DNA from: Candidatus Latescibacterota bacterium
GTDB taxonomy: Bacteria > Latescibacterota > UBA2968 > UBA8231
NCBI GenBank assembly: GCA_965242865.1
Contig: CBDETK010000013.1
Coordinates: 864,001 to 928,000, forward strand
Length of the DNA: 64,000 nucleotides
Direction: 5' to 3'
Part shown: in pieces, positions 9,452 to 19,692 of the stretch
Position numbering within the stretch: the stretch's first letter is position 1
Layout: each line of letters starts with the position of its first letter
Notes under the pieces: generated by a model
What the model was told of the DNA's origin: nothing
What the model saw: the letters and a program-made list of their open reading frames with translations, nothing else
The model's database searches: none
Program-made: the position numbers and the translations under genes

Positions 9452-12400
9452 ATGCGTTCAAATCATTTAGGGCTGCTATACATCGTCTGCGCGCTTGCGC
9501 TGACCGCCCACAGCGGTGGGGCAGGTGAGGAGGGCGTGCGCGAAACTGTGGCGTATCTGTCGTCGCTCGGCTCGCGGGTGAGCGGCTATCCCGGGGCGGC
9601 CGCCGCGGCCGATTACGTCGAGCGTCGCCTGCGCGCCAGCGGCCTAGCCGAGGTGGTGCGCGATTCCTTTGCAATCACCGTGCCCATCGATCGAGGGGGC
9701 GAACTGCGCCTCGCCGACAGCGGGGAACGCCATGCCCTCTACGGCCTGTGGCCCAACTTGGTCCGCACCCCGACCTTGCCCGCGTACGAGGGCGAGATGA
9801 TCTACGGCGGCGATGGCGAGTGGGACGATTACGCCGGCCGCGAACTCCAGGGCCGGGTGGTGCTGCTGGAGTTCAACAGTTGGAGCCGCTGGTTGCAGGC
9901 CGCTTCGCTGGGCGCTCGCGCCATCGTCTTTATCGAGCCGGAGGAGACCACGCGCAGTCAAGCGATGGCCAAGTACTCGACCGCGCCGCTGGACATCCCG
10001 CGCTTTTGGATTGCGCGAGCGGCCGGGCTGCGGCTCAAAGAGCGGTTGCTCCAGCGCCCCGCTTCCGTGGTGCTCAAGGGGCGCATGGACTGGCAGCGCG
10101 AGACCGCGTGGAATATCTGGGGCCGGTTCCCGGGCACGGACCCGGCGCGGGCCGACGAGACCATTGTCATCGAAAGCTACTACGACGGCATGTCCGTGGT
10201 GCCGGCCTTGGCCCCGGCAGCCGAGGTGACCGGCGGGGTGGCCGCGTTGCTGGCACTGGCCGAGCATCTGGCGCGTCACCCGCCGCGGCGGCCGGTCGTG
10301 CTGGTGGCCACGGGGGCGCATTTCCAAGCGCAGCAGGGCATTATCCACTTCCTCGAGCGCCACGCCCGACGTCATCCCTACTACGCCGAGCGGATGGAGG
10401 AGCCGCTCAAGCCCAAGCTCTTCATCGGCCTCGACCTGACGAGCCAATCGGCTGGGCTGGGGCTGTGGAACAATACGGACAGCTATGATCTCAAGCGGTT
10501 CTTCGTGCCGTTTGGGCGGCGTTTTACGGTCTATGCCGAGGAGGAAGCCGCTCGGTTGGGCCTAGCGCAGGAGCGGCCGCTGGCCAATGGAATCAGCCCG
10601 ATTCGCGGCATGGACTGGTCGACCTTTGTGCCGGGTGGGGTGTCGGTCAGTGGAATGCAGGCGTTGAGCGCGGGGATCGTCTCCCTGTCCGTGGCGACCG
10701 TCAATGACGCCCGCTACATCGTGGATACCCCGCTCGATACGCCCGAGCGGATGAATCTCGAAAATCTGGCCCGCCAAAGCCGCTTGCTCACCGCCATGCT
10801 GGCGCGGGCCATCAACGACGAGGCGTTGTTTGCCGAGCTCGAAGACTTTGGCCCGGTGCTCAAGGACCAATTGCGCTCGCTGCGGGTCAAGGTCCGCTCG
10901 TTCCCGCGCCGCAGCCAAATGCCCGATCGGCCGGTCGGCCACGCCTTGGTCGTGGTGGATCCTTGGTTCAAATCCCACAAGGGCGTGCGCCGGGCGCAGT
11001 ACCACCTCACCGACGGGCAGGGCGTCGCGGACATCGCTGGCTTGCGGACCGGGGCCTATCCGGTGGCGGCCTACCAAGTCGAGCCGACGACCGGCGCGAT
11101 CGCGTTCGCGCCCGATCTTTCGGAACGGGCGCAAGAGTTCAGCGGCGCGGTCGTGAACGGGTGGATGATCGACAGCAAAATTCGCTGGAATACCAACGAC
11201 CGCACCATCGTAGTTTTCCCCTGCATTGCGCGGCCGTTCTACAGCCTGATCGACCCGCGCTATCTGCGGTCGTTTGGCGAGATCAAGATCGTCGATCGCA
11301 GCGGGGTGCCGCCGCGGCAATTCGGGCTGGCGCGCGGGGTTGGCACGGGCGAGGCGGTCGGCGTGGTCTTTGGGCCGCAGGACGCGGACGCGGACGACGG
11401 CATCAAGATGATCATCGACAACCGCCTGCTCCTGCTCAACAGCGAGGGAGCGGAAAGCGAGGCCCAAGCGCGGGGGCGGGGCTACGTGTTGCGCGAGGAC
11501 TTGCTGAACCGCACCGGGATGCTGGCCGTTGAGGACATGTGGCAGCTCAACGAGGCGCGGCTGCGCACCTTGCGCGAACACGCCATTGAAAACCAGCGCT
11601 TGGCCCGGCTACACCAGCGCGGCAAGCGGCTGATCGAGCAGGCGCGACAGGCCGAAGAAGCGAGGGATTGGGAACGCTACGTCGGGCACGTGCGGGCCGC
11701 GCTCGGGGTGACGTCCCGCGCGTACCCGGAAGTGCTGGCTACGCTCAACGACGTCATCAGCGGCATGGTGTTTTTCCTCGCCTTGGTCATCCCGACCGCC
11801 TTTTTAGGCGAGCGCTTGCTGTTTGCAACGGCCGACATTCGCCGGCAGCTCGCCGGTTTTGGGGGATTGCTGCTGTTGGTGTGGATCGCGATTTCTCAAG
11901 TTCACCCGGCCTTTGCCATCGCCCATCCGCTGGTGATCTTGCTGGCCTTTGCGATCATGGCGATGGCCACGGCGGTCTTGGCCATGATCAGCGCCCGCTT
12001 CAATCGCTACATGCGGGCCTATCAAGCGCGGGAAGCCCACGTCCACGAGACCGACATCAGCCGCGCCAGCGCCGGCTACGCGGCCTTTATGCTCGGCATT
12101 TCCAATATGCGCCGACGCAAGCTGCGCACCGGGCTGACCTTGCTGACCTTGGTGCTGCTCACCTTTACGGTGCTTTCCTTCACCTCGTTCAACACGCAGG
12201 TTCGCTACATGGCCTTTGCCATGGACCACGAGGGAACCTACGAAGGGGTGCTGATCCGCGACCGCAACTGGGACGTGCTGAACCGCCCGACGCTCGACTA
12301 CGCCCGCTCCCACTTTGCCGCGGAGGGGGTCGTCGTGCCGCGCAACTGGTACGTCGCCTTTGACGACGAGCAGAAAAAGTACATCGAGATCAGCGGCGAT

Positions 12401-13861
12401 ACGTCCGTGGTGCGGGCGACGGGCATGCTGGGGCTGATGCCCGAGGAAGCGCGCGTCACCGGCATCGACCAAGCGCTGGTGCAGGGGAGCTTTTTTGCGC
12501 GGGCGGACGAGGCGGCTTGTCTGATGGCCGAGGGCATGGCCGCGGCGCTGGGCATTGGGCCGGCCGAATTGGGGGAGGCCACCGTCCGGGTGTTTGGCCG
12601 GGACTTGGTGGTGCGGGGCGTGTTCGATCCCGACCGCTTTGCAGCGGTGCGCGACCTCGACGACGAGTCCCTGACCCCGGCCGATTTCCAGATGTCGAGC
12701 ACCCAAGCCTTGGGGCCGGTCGCCGAGGACGATATGAGCATCGCCCTAGAAGAATCCGCGCTCGACATTCGCCCCTTCATCCACCTCGAAGCCGACAACG
12801 TCCTAGTCTTGCCGTACGAGACGTTGCGGGAGGCCGGGGGCACGTTGCGCTCGGTCGCGGTGCAGCTAGCCGATGGGGAGCGCGGCCAAGCATTGATCGA
12901 GGATTTTCTCCTGCGGCTGGCCATTACCCTGTTTGCCGGCCTCAAGGAGCCGGGCGAAGCCGCCGTTAAGGTCTTTTCCTACACCTCGATTGGATTGACC
13001 GATGTCGAGGGCTTGGGGGCCTTGGTGATCCCCATGTTTATCGCGGCGTTGATCGTGCTCAATGCGATGATGGGGGCCGTGTATGAACGCTTCCGCGAGA
13101 TCGGCATTTACTCGTCGGTGGGATTGGCCCCGCTGCACATTGCCCTGCTGTTTGTGGCCGAGGCCTGCGTCTATGCGATCATGGGCGTCACCTTGGGCTA
13201 TATTCTCGGCCAGAGTCTGGGCAAAGCCCTCATCGCGCTCGACCTGCTGCAAGGCATGAGCCTCAATTACTCGTCCATGGCGGCGATTGTGTCGTCCCTG
13301 ATCGTGATGGCGGTGGTTTTGCTTTCAACCATATATCCGGCCCGGGTCGCGGCCCGCACGGCCGTGCCCGATACGGTCCGCCGGTGGACGCCGCCAGCCC
13401 CGGACGGCGACCGCTGGGAAATGGAGTTCCCCTTTATGGTCAGCGAGGGGGAAGTGCGGGGCCTGTGTGGCTTTTTGGCCGGGTACTTCAGTGCCTATAG
13501 CGAGGATTCCATCGGCGACTTCTACGCCGAGAAGGTCCAGTTGGTCGCGGAAGACAGCGAGCGCGGGCCGGAGTACGCGGTGCAGCTCTTGCTGTGGTTG
13601 GCCCCGTTTGACATGGGGGTGAGCCAGTTCATGCAGCTCGAATTTTTGCCCACCGACGTCCAATCCGTCTATACGGTGGAGATTTACATTCAGCGGATCA
13701 GCGGTCAGGACACCTTCTGGCAGCGGGTCAACCACCGCTTTATCAATGGGTTGCGCAAAGAGTTCCTGCTCTGGCACACCTTGCCCGAAGAGTCCAAGGC
13801 CCACCATCGTCAGGTCGCCGAGCAGATGTTGGCCGCAACCCAAGCCGAGCCCGTGGAATGA
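9452..13861 (+). CDS. Giant membrane protein: M28 peptidase-like/PA ectodomain fused to MacB/FtsX-type permease
   Basis: Signal peptide; SRVSGYPG, PA-like insert, IESYYDG, GVAALL; NMRRRKLRTGLTLLT and VYERFREIGIYSSVG FtsX motifs. Confidence 0.8.
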   Translation: MRSNHLGLLYIVCALALTAHSGGAGEEGVRETVAYLSSLGSRVSGYPGAAAAADYVERRLRASGLAEVVRDSFAITVPIDRGGELRLADSGERHALYGLWPNLVRTPTLPAYEGEMIYGGDGEWDDYAGRELQGRVVLLEFNSWSRWLQAASLGARAIVFIEPEETTRSQAMAKYSTAPLDIPRFWIARAAGLRLKERLLQRPASVVLKGRMDWQRETAWNIWGRFPGTDPARADETIVIESYYDGMSVVPALAPAAEVTGGVAALLALAEHLARHPPRRPVVLVATGAHFQAQQGIIHFLERHARRHPYYAERMEEPLKPKLFIGLDLTSQSAGLGLWNNTDSYDLKRFFVPFGRRFTVYAEEEAARLGLAQERPLANGISPIRGMDWSTFVPGGVSVSGMQALSAGIVSLSVATVNDARYIVDTPLDTPERMNLENLARQSRLLTAMLARAINDEALFAELEDFGPVLKDQLRSLRVKVRSFPRRSQMPDRPVGHALVVVDPWFKSHKGVRRAQYHLTDGQGVADIAGLRTGAYPVAAYQVEPTTGAIAFAPDLSERAQEFSGAVVNGWMIDSKIRWNTNDRTIVVFPCIARPFYSLIDPRYLRSFGEIKIVDRSGVPPRQFGLARGVGTGEAVGVVFGPQDADADDGIKMIIDNRLLLLNSEGAESEAQARGRGYVLREDLLNRTGMLAVEDMWQLNEARLRTLREHAIENQRLARLHQRGKRLIEQARQAEEARDWERYVGHVRAALGVTSRAYPEVLATLNDVISGMVFFLALVIPTAFLGERLLFATADIRRQLAGFGGLLLLVWIAISQVHPAFAIAHPLVILLAFAIMAMATAVLAMISARFNRYMRAYQAREAHVHETDISRASAGYAAFMLGISNMRRRKLRTGLTLLTLVLLTFTVLSFTSFNTQVRYMAFAMDHEGTYEGVLIRDRNWDVLNRPTLDYARSHFAAEGVVVPRNWYVAFDDEQKKYIEISGDTSVVRATGMLGLMPEEARVTGIDQALVQGSFFARADEAACLMAEGMAAALGIGPAELGEATVRVFGRDLVVRGVFDPDRFAAVRDLDDESLTPADFQMSSTQALGPVAEDDMSIALEESALDIRPFIHLEADNVLVLPYETLREAGGTLRSVAVQLADGERGQALIEDFLLRLAITLFAGLKEPGEAAVKVFSYTSIGLTDVEGLGALVIPMFIAALIVLNAMMGAVYERFREIGIYSSVGLAPLHIALLFVAEACVYAIMGVTLGYILGQSLGKALIALDLLQGMSLNYSSMAAIVSSLIVMAVVLLSTIYPARVAARTAVPDTVRRWTPPAPDGDRWEMEFPFMVSEGEVRGLCGFLAGYFSAYSEDSIGDFYAEKVQLVAEDSERGPEYAVQLLLWLAPFDMGVSQFMQLEFLPTDVQSVYTVEIYIQRISGQDTFWQRVNHRFINGLRKEFLLWHTLPEESKAHHRQVAEQMLAATQAEPVE

Positions 13862-16527
13862 TCGAAGCGTTTTCTCAAAGAGTGTCCGGTTTTTTTCAGT
13901 GGCTGTTTGACCGCGAGTCAAAAAAGGAGCGGCAGTGGGCCGAGCTAGAGGAGTACCGCGCCTTACTCGAACCGCCCGACCGCTTTGAGGAGGGCTTTAC
14001 GGTCCGCACCATTATCGGCGTCCTCTTCATCTCGCTGATTATGACCCCGGGCGAGATGTTCCTCGGGCTGTACACGGGGGGCGGCATTGGCGATGCCGCG
14101 CAATGGGTGACGGTGATTCTCTTTTTAGAAATCTCCAAACGTTCGTTTACCTCGCTCAAGCGCCAAGAAATTTACCTGCTGGTGTACGTGGCCTCGGCCT
14201 TGATCTCCCGCGAGGAAGGCGCGTTCCTCGACTTGCTCTGGCGTCAGTACTTCGTGGGTTCGGCCGAAGCCGAGCAAGTCGGGCTGTCGCACAGGTTGCC
14301 GTGGTGGTGGGTGCCCTCGCCCGATTCCGAGGCCCTTGCCGAGCGAACCTTTATCCACCGCGACTGGCTGGCCCCAATCCTGCTGCTGGTAGTGGCGACG
14401 ATCATGAGCCGCATCGCTTGGTTTACGTCCGGCTACATGCTCTTCCGGCTCACCTCCGACCGCGAGCAATTGCCTTTTCCCACTGCGCCGATGTCGGCGT
14501 TGAGCGCCATGGCCTTGGCCGAGGATTCGGGTGCCGAGCGGGAGACGTGGAAGTGGCCGGTGTTTAGCATCGGCGCGGTCATTGGGGCGTCCTTCGGGGT
14601 CATCTATGTAGGGATCCCGGTCGTCACTGAACTCTGGGGGGCCAAAGTGACGATCTTGCCGATTCCCTTCTGGGATTTGACGCCTTATTTCGGCAACATC
14701 GTACCGGCCACGCCGCTGGGGATCACCATGCACTTGGGGCCGGTCTTCGCGGGGCTTTTTATGCCCTTCTGGTCGGTGATTGGCTCCTTTTGCGGGGTGA
14801 TGCTGCACACGGCCATCAGCCCGGTGCTCTACGAATGGGGCTATCTGCCGCGCTGGGAGATCGGCATGGACACCATTCGCACCCAGATCGTCACCGGGAT
14901 CGATTTTTGGCGCGCCTTTTCCATTGGCATCACCCTCGCGGTCACCATCGTCAGCTTTTACCAGCTTTTTTCCACTGGCCGAGAAAAGCAGGCCGAAGCG
15001 CGGGAGAAGCTCCGGCTCCAAGGGGACGATCAGTCGGGGATGTGCAAGCACTCGGACTGCCTCCACCCGGCCGAAGTGCGGGGGTACTGCTTAAAACATC
15101 TCGGGCGCGGCGATTTCAATATGTGGGTCTGCGCTTCCCTGTTTTGCGTCGCGGCCATCTATCCGATCGTCTTGGCCAAGAGCTTGTTTCCCGCCTTGGT
15201 CAGCACCGGCCTGTTGGTGACTTTCGTGCTCATCGCCTTTGTCTATGCGCCGATCATGTCCTTTGTCAGTGCTCGACTCGACGGCTTGGTGGGGCGCAAC
15301 ATTTCGATTCCCTACGTCGATGAGGCCATCCGCTTTATGACCGGCTTTCGCGGGGTTGAAATTTGGTTCGTGCCCTTTCCAGCTCGCAACTTTGGCGGGC
15401 ACGCCGAGGGGTTTAGGGTCGTAGAGCTGACCGGGATGAAGTTTACCAGCTTACTCAAGGCCGAGCTCTTTATGCTGCCCATCGTCTTTGGGGTGAGTTT
15501 GATGTACTGGACCTTCCTCTGGCGCTTGGCCCCCATCCCCTCGGAGAGCTACCCGTACGCGCAGAGAATATGGCCGCGGCAGGCCTTTGAACAAGCACTC
15601 GTACTATCCAGCACGATGTACAACAAAATGTGGCGCGCCGGGGAGGAGTTGGAAGGAGAGGTCGTGCCCAGCGGGCAAGCCGTGTGGAGCCCGAGCAATT
15701 TGTTGGACGGCCGCTGGTGGTACTGGCGGGTGAGTACCACGCGCGACTTAGAGGTGCCCGATCCGGTCAAGCGCGCTTATGGCCCTTGGTCGCAGACCGG
15801 GTACTTCTACACGGACTTCAGCGGCGGGGAAGCACCACCGCCGCCAGAGGCTGCCCAGAGGATCGACGCCGAGGCGGGTGCTCCGTCGGATGGCCCCGAG
15901 CTACTTTGGCCTCCCAACGGCATGGCCCTGGCCACGCCAAACCCCAACTTCCGGGCCGCGGTTGATTTGGCCCCAGGCGACTCGGTTGACTTCTACTTTG
16001 AAGTGGATCTCCTGCCCAGCTTTGATGGCGAGTTTTTGCAGCGCTCTTCGGACGAGCCTTTGCTCTTTGAGGTCTTGTGGCAGGACATGCAGTTTACGGG
16101 CAATCGCAAGGACGACGACGGCGATGGCCTGATCGACGAGGAGCTGGTCAACAACAAAGACGACGATGGCGACGGCCTGATCGACGAGGATACGCACCAT
16201 CCCCTCGGCGGCAAGAAGTGGCCCATTATCGTCGGCGCGACCGGCTTTGGCTTGGCCGCGTACTTTACCATGGCCTTTTTGGGCATGCCGATTTTTATGA
16301 TCTGGGGCTACGTCCAGAGCGTCAACGGCATTCCGCACACTCTCATTCCGCAAATCATTGGGGCCCTGCTAGCTAGGCACTACTTCTGGAAGCGGTACGG
16401 CAAGCAGCAATGGCGTCAATACGCCATGGTTTTGAGCGTGGGCTTTGGGGTCGGCATGGCCCTAATCGGCATGTTCAGCGCGGCCCTGTCGATGATCAAA
16501 AAAGCCATTTCGTCCCTCGCCTATTGA
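13858..16527 (+). CDS. OPT-like peptide transporter with inserted soluble domains
   Basis: TM-rich; EQLPFPTAP motif; Cys/His cluster; two DDDGDGLIDE repeats; start overlaps upstream stop (ATGA). Confidence 0.7.
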   Translation: MIEAFSQRVSGFFQWLFDRESKKERQWAELEEYRALLEPPDRFEEGFTVRTIIGVLFISLIMTPGEMFLGLYTGGGIGDAAQWVTVILFLEISKRSFTSLKRQEIYLLVYVASALISREEGAFLDLLWRQYFVGSAEAEQVGLSHRLPWWWVPSPDSEALAERTFIHRDWLAPILLLVVATIMSRIAWFTSGYMLFRLTSDREQLPFPTAPMSALSAMALAEDSGAERETWKWPVFSIGAVIGASFGVIYVGIPVVTELWGAKVTILPIPFWDLTPYFGNIVPATPLGITMHLGPVFAGLFMPFWSVIGSFCGVMLHTAISPVLYEWGYLPRWEIGMDTIRTQIVTGIDFWRAFSIGITLAVTIVSFYQLFSTGREKQAEAREKLRLQGDDQSGMCKHSDCLHPAEVRGYCLKHLGRGDFNMWVCASLFCVAAIYPIVLAKSLFPALVSTGLLVTFVLIAFVYAPIMSFVSARLDGLVGRNISIPYVDEAIRFMTGFRGVEIWFVPFPARNFGGHAEGFRVVELTGMKFTSLLKAELFMLPIVFGVSLMYWTFLWRLAPIPSESYPYAQRIWPRQAFEQALVLSSTMYNKMWRAGEELEGEVVPSGQAVWSPSNLLDGRWWYWRVSTTRDLEVPDPVKRAYGPWSQTGYFYTDFSGGEAPPPPEAAQRIDAEAGAPSDGPELLWPPNGMALATPNPNFRAAVDLAPGDSVDFYFEVDLLPSFDGEFLQRSSDEPLLFEVLWQDMQFTGNRKDDDGDGLIDEELVNNKDDDGDGLIDEDTHHPLGGKKWPIIVGATGFGLAAYFTMAFLGMPIFMIWGYVQSVNGIPHTLIPQIIGALLARHYFWKRYGKQQWRQYAMVLSVGFGVGMALIGMFSAALSMIKKAISSLAY

Positions 16528-16568
16528 GGGGTTTACAAGGTCCATTCGCTCTCGTATTTTCGCCGATT

Positions 16569-16892
16569 ATGGACTTGCTTACGCGCCTATTCCGCGTCAT
16601 GCGGGCACACACTGCGGCCCGCGAGCACACGCATTGGCAGCCCCCGCCGACGGCCCCGGCTCCGGCCGAACCCTCCGTCCTCGCTGGGTATTACGCCAAT
16701 TTGGAGCTCCCCGATGGAGCGAGTCTGGAGGAGGTGAAGGCGGCGTGGAAGCGGTTGATGAAGCAGTACCACCCGGACCGCCACGCCCAAGACCCGGCCA
16801 AGCGCGCGGTGGCCAACGCGCTGTGCGCCGAGTTGACGCACGCCTACAAAGAGCTGGAAAAGTCCCTGACCACCCATGACCCATCACACTAG
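16569..16892 (+). CDS. Small DnaJ-domain protein
   Basis: YYANLEL...EVKAAWKRLMKQYHPD J-domain with HPD. Confidence 0.88.
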   Translation: MDLLTRLFRVMRAHTAAREHTHWQPPPTAPAPAEPSVLAGYYANLELPDGASLEEVKAAWKRLMKQYHPDRHAQDPAKRAVANALCAELTHAYKELEKSLTTHDPSH

Positions 16893-16911
16893 ACTAGATT
16901 GGAGGCCGCTT

Positions 16912-17304
16912 ATGGCTGATTTTGCCACCGTAAAGGAGTACATCCTCGAGCTGGGCTTTGCCATCGCCGAGGAGATTCCCGAAGAGGAAATCATCATTGT
17001 CAACGACGAGGAGCGCGGGGTGCAAAACTTGGTGGTTGACTGCGAGGATACGGTGCTGGTGATCGAGCAGCTCATCATCCGAATTGCGCCCGAGGCCGCC
17101 GAGGCGCACAAGCGGATTTTGCAGATGAACCGCGACTTGATCTTTGGCGCCTTCGTCCTCAACGAGGAAGGCGATGGGCTGCTCTATCGCAATACGCTGG
17201 CGCTGGAGAATTTGGACTTAAACGAACTGGAAAGCACCATCAACTCCCTCGGGCTCGGCTTGGCCGAACACGGGGAAGAATTACTGGGTTTTGCCGCCCA
17301 ATAG
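16912..17304 (+). CDS. CesT/YbjN/YjfI-like chaperone
   Basis: Acidic 130 aa, LQMNRDLIFGAFVL...LENLDLNEL; directly upstream of pspA. Confidence 0.75.
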   Translation: MADFATVKEYILELGFAIAEEIPEEEIIIVNDEERGVQNLVVDCEDTVLVIEQLIIRIAPEAAEAHKRILQMNRDLIFGAFVLNEEGDGLLYRNTLALENLDLNELESTINSLGLGLAEHGEELLGFAAQ

Positions 17305-17315
17305 GAGGATAGGAC

Positions 17316-18026
17316 ATGGCAGGTATATTTCAACGCTTGTTTAAGACTGGGCAGGCCGAAGCCCACGCCATAGTAGATAAGCTCGAAGACCCGATCAAGA
17401 TGAGCGAGCAGGCGATCCGCGACCTAAAAAAGGACCTACAAGACAGCCTCAAGGCCCTCGCCGAGGTCAAGGCAATCGCCATTCGGCTCAGCCGCGAGGC
17501 CGCGGACCATCACCGGCGCGCGACCGACTACGAGCGCAAGGCCATGCTGCTGTTGCAAAAGGCCGAGTCCGGCCAGATGGAGGAAGCCGAGGCCGACCGC
17601 TTGGCGCGCGAAGCCCTAACCCGGGTCGAGGAAGCCCAAAGCCGGCACGCCGAAACCACCCAACAGGCCCAAGCCCAACAGGCCATGGCCGACAAGCTGC
17701 AGAGCAATGTCAACGATTTGAAGTCGAAAATCGCCTCGTACGAAAACGACCTAGTAACGCTCAAGGCGCGCACCAAAACCGCCAACGCCACCCGCAAAAT
17801 CAACCAGCACTTGGCCAACATCGACTCCAAGGGCACCACGGCCCTGCTGGAGCGGATGAAGGAAAAGGCCGAAGAGCAGGAAGCGCTGGCCGAGGCGTAT
17901 GGCGACATGGGCGACGCGGCCACGGCCGTTGAAGACGAGATCGACAAGGCCCTCGCCGACAGCAAGGGCGCCCAGGTCGATGACTCGCTCGCCCAGCTCA
18001 AGGCCAAAATGAAGGCGGCCAAGTAA
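17316..18026 (+). CDS. pspA: PspA/IM30 (ESCRT-III-like) family protein
   Basis: MAGIFQRL...DKLEDPIKMSEQAIRDL, long coiled coil, LAQLKAKM tail. Confidence 0.92.
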   Translation: MAGIFQRLFKTGQAEAHAIVDKLEDPIKMSEQAIRDLKKDLQDSLKALAEVKAIAIRLSREAADHHRRATDYERKAMLLLQKAESGQMEEAEADRLAREALTRVEEAQSRHAETTQQAQAQQAMADKLQSNVNDLKSKIASYENDLVTLKARTKTANATRKINQHLANIDSKGTTALLERMKEKAEEQEALAEAYGDMGDAATAVEDEIDKALADSKGAQVDDSLAQLKAKMKAAK

Positions 18027-18039
18027 GGGCTGCCTGGGG

Positions 18040-19692
18040 ATGAAGGCCCTGAGCCGCCGGCAATTTTTCGGCACCCTCGCCGCGGCCGGCGGCTGGGCGG
18101 CGTGGAGCGGGTGCGCGTCGGACCAGCGGCCGGTGCAGCCGATTCCCGGGCGGATCGTCAACGAGGGGCCGCCGCGTGGGCACCGGCTGCGCGAGGAGCA
18201 TTCTTGGGCGGACTTTGCCGCGGCCGAGGGCGCGTGCGACGTCGCGATTGTCGGCGGGGGGATCTCCGGCTTGGCCGCGGCGTGGAAGCTGCGGCGGTCC
18301 GGGGTCGAGCGAATTTTCCTCCTCGACCTCGAAGACCAGCTCGGGGGCACCAGCCGCAGCGGCCAATGGGGCGACCGACTGTTTCCTTGGGGCGCTCACT
18401 ACATCAACATCCCGCCGGCCGAAGCCGACTGCATCCACGAAATCCTGCAAGACGTAGGCGTCATTGACGGGTACGACGCGGCCAATAGGCCGATGGTCGC
18501 GGCCGGGGCGCTGCTGCGCTGGCCGCACGAGCGGCTGTTCCAGCGGGGCAAGTGGGCGGCTGGGCTGGACCCGTTTGCCGACGCGTCGGCCCGGGAGCGC
18601 GAGACCCTGTTGCGCTTTGAAGACGAGATGCTGGGCTGGGCCTTGCAGCGCGGTCGCGATGGCCGCCGGGCCTTTGCCCTGCCCTTGCGCTACAGCACGG
18701 CCGATGTCCGGGTGCGGCGGTTGGACCAAATCAGCATGGCCCAGTACCTCCGCGAACGGGGATGGCACGACGAGCGGCTCGGCTGGCTGGTCGACTACGC
18801 CTGCCGCGACGACTACGGCAGCACGGCCGCCCAAGTCTCGGCGTGGGCCGGGATTCACTACTATGCCTGTCGGTTCTACGACTACCGGATCGAGGAAGCC
18901 TATCCAGCCCACACCCTGACGTGGCCCGAAGGCAATGGCCACCTAGTGGCAAAACTCGCTAACAGGTTGGGGGAAAACGAGATAAGGCGACAATCGCTAG
19001 TGGTTCGTCTAGCCGAGGAGCGGTCGCAGGTGCGCTTGGGGTACATCGACTTGGCCACCGGGGAAAAGCGGCAACTCACCGCCCGGGCGGTGGTGTACGC
19101 CGGCAAGCTCCACACCGCGCCCTACGCGATTGTGGGCCTGCCAAAGGCCCAAGCCGAGGCCATGGCCGCGATCGAGTACAGCCCGTGGCTGGTCGCGGCG
19201 ATTTTTCTCAAAGAGCCGCTCGCGGCCCAGACCACCTGGGACAACGTCTTGTACGACAGCCCATCGCTGGGCTATGTGGTGGCCGACCACCAGCAAGGCC
19301 GGGGCGGGCGCGTGTTGATGTACTATTGGCCTTTTGTCGAGCAGCTCGCCCAGGCCCGGCGCGCCTTGCTCGCGCAGGACCATTCATTCTGGACAGCCCA
19401 GATCATGGCCGATTTGAGCCGAGTTCACCCGGAGCTAGAAGAGCGGGTGGAGCGCGTGGATCTGTATCGCTGGGGGCACGGGATGATGCGGCCCAGTCCC
19501 GAGTCGCTGTGGGGAGCGTCGGCCGCGCACCGGCAGCAGCCCATGGAGCGGATATTTTTTGCCTCGTGCGATGCGACCGGGTTGCCCCTGTGCGAAGAAG
19601 CGATGTTTTCCGGCATTCTGGCCGCGGAACAGGCCATGGACTGCCTCGGCGTGGCGCATGCCTCCTCGTTGGGCGGGCTCGCGGATGCCTAG
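18040..19692 (+). CDS. Tat-exported FAD-dependent (amine oxidase-like) oxidoreductase
   Basis: SRRQFF Tat motif followed by Cys; VAIVGGGISGL, GAHY, CRDDYG, RWGHGM motifs. Confidence 0.85.
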   Translation: MKALSRRQFFGTLAAAGGWAAWSGCASDQRPVQPIPGRIVNEGPPRGHRLREEHSWADFAAAEGACDVAIVGGGISGLAAAWKLRRSGVERIFLLDLEDQLGGTSRSGQWGDRLFPWGAHYINIPPAEADCIHEILQDVGVIDGYDAANRPMVAAGALLRWPHERLFQRGKWAAGLDPFADASARERETLLRFEDEMLGWALQRGRDGRRAFALPLRYSTADVRVRRLDQISMAQYLRERGWHDERLGWLVDYACRDDYGSTAAQVSAWAGIHYYACRFYDYRIEEAYPAHTLTWPEGNGHLVAKLANRLGENEIRRQSLVVRLAEERSQVRLGYIDLATGEKRQLTARAVVYAGKLHTAPYAIVGLPKAQAEAMAAIEYSPWLVAAIFLKEPLAAQTTWDNVLYDSPSLGYVVADHQQGRGGRVLMYYWPFVEQLAQARRALLAQDHSFWTAQIMADLSRVHPELEERVERVDLYRWGHGMMRPSPESLWGASAAHRQQPMERIFFASCDATGLPLCEEAMFSGILAAEQAMDCLGVAHASSLGGLADA

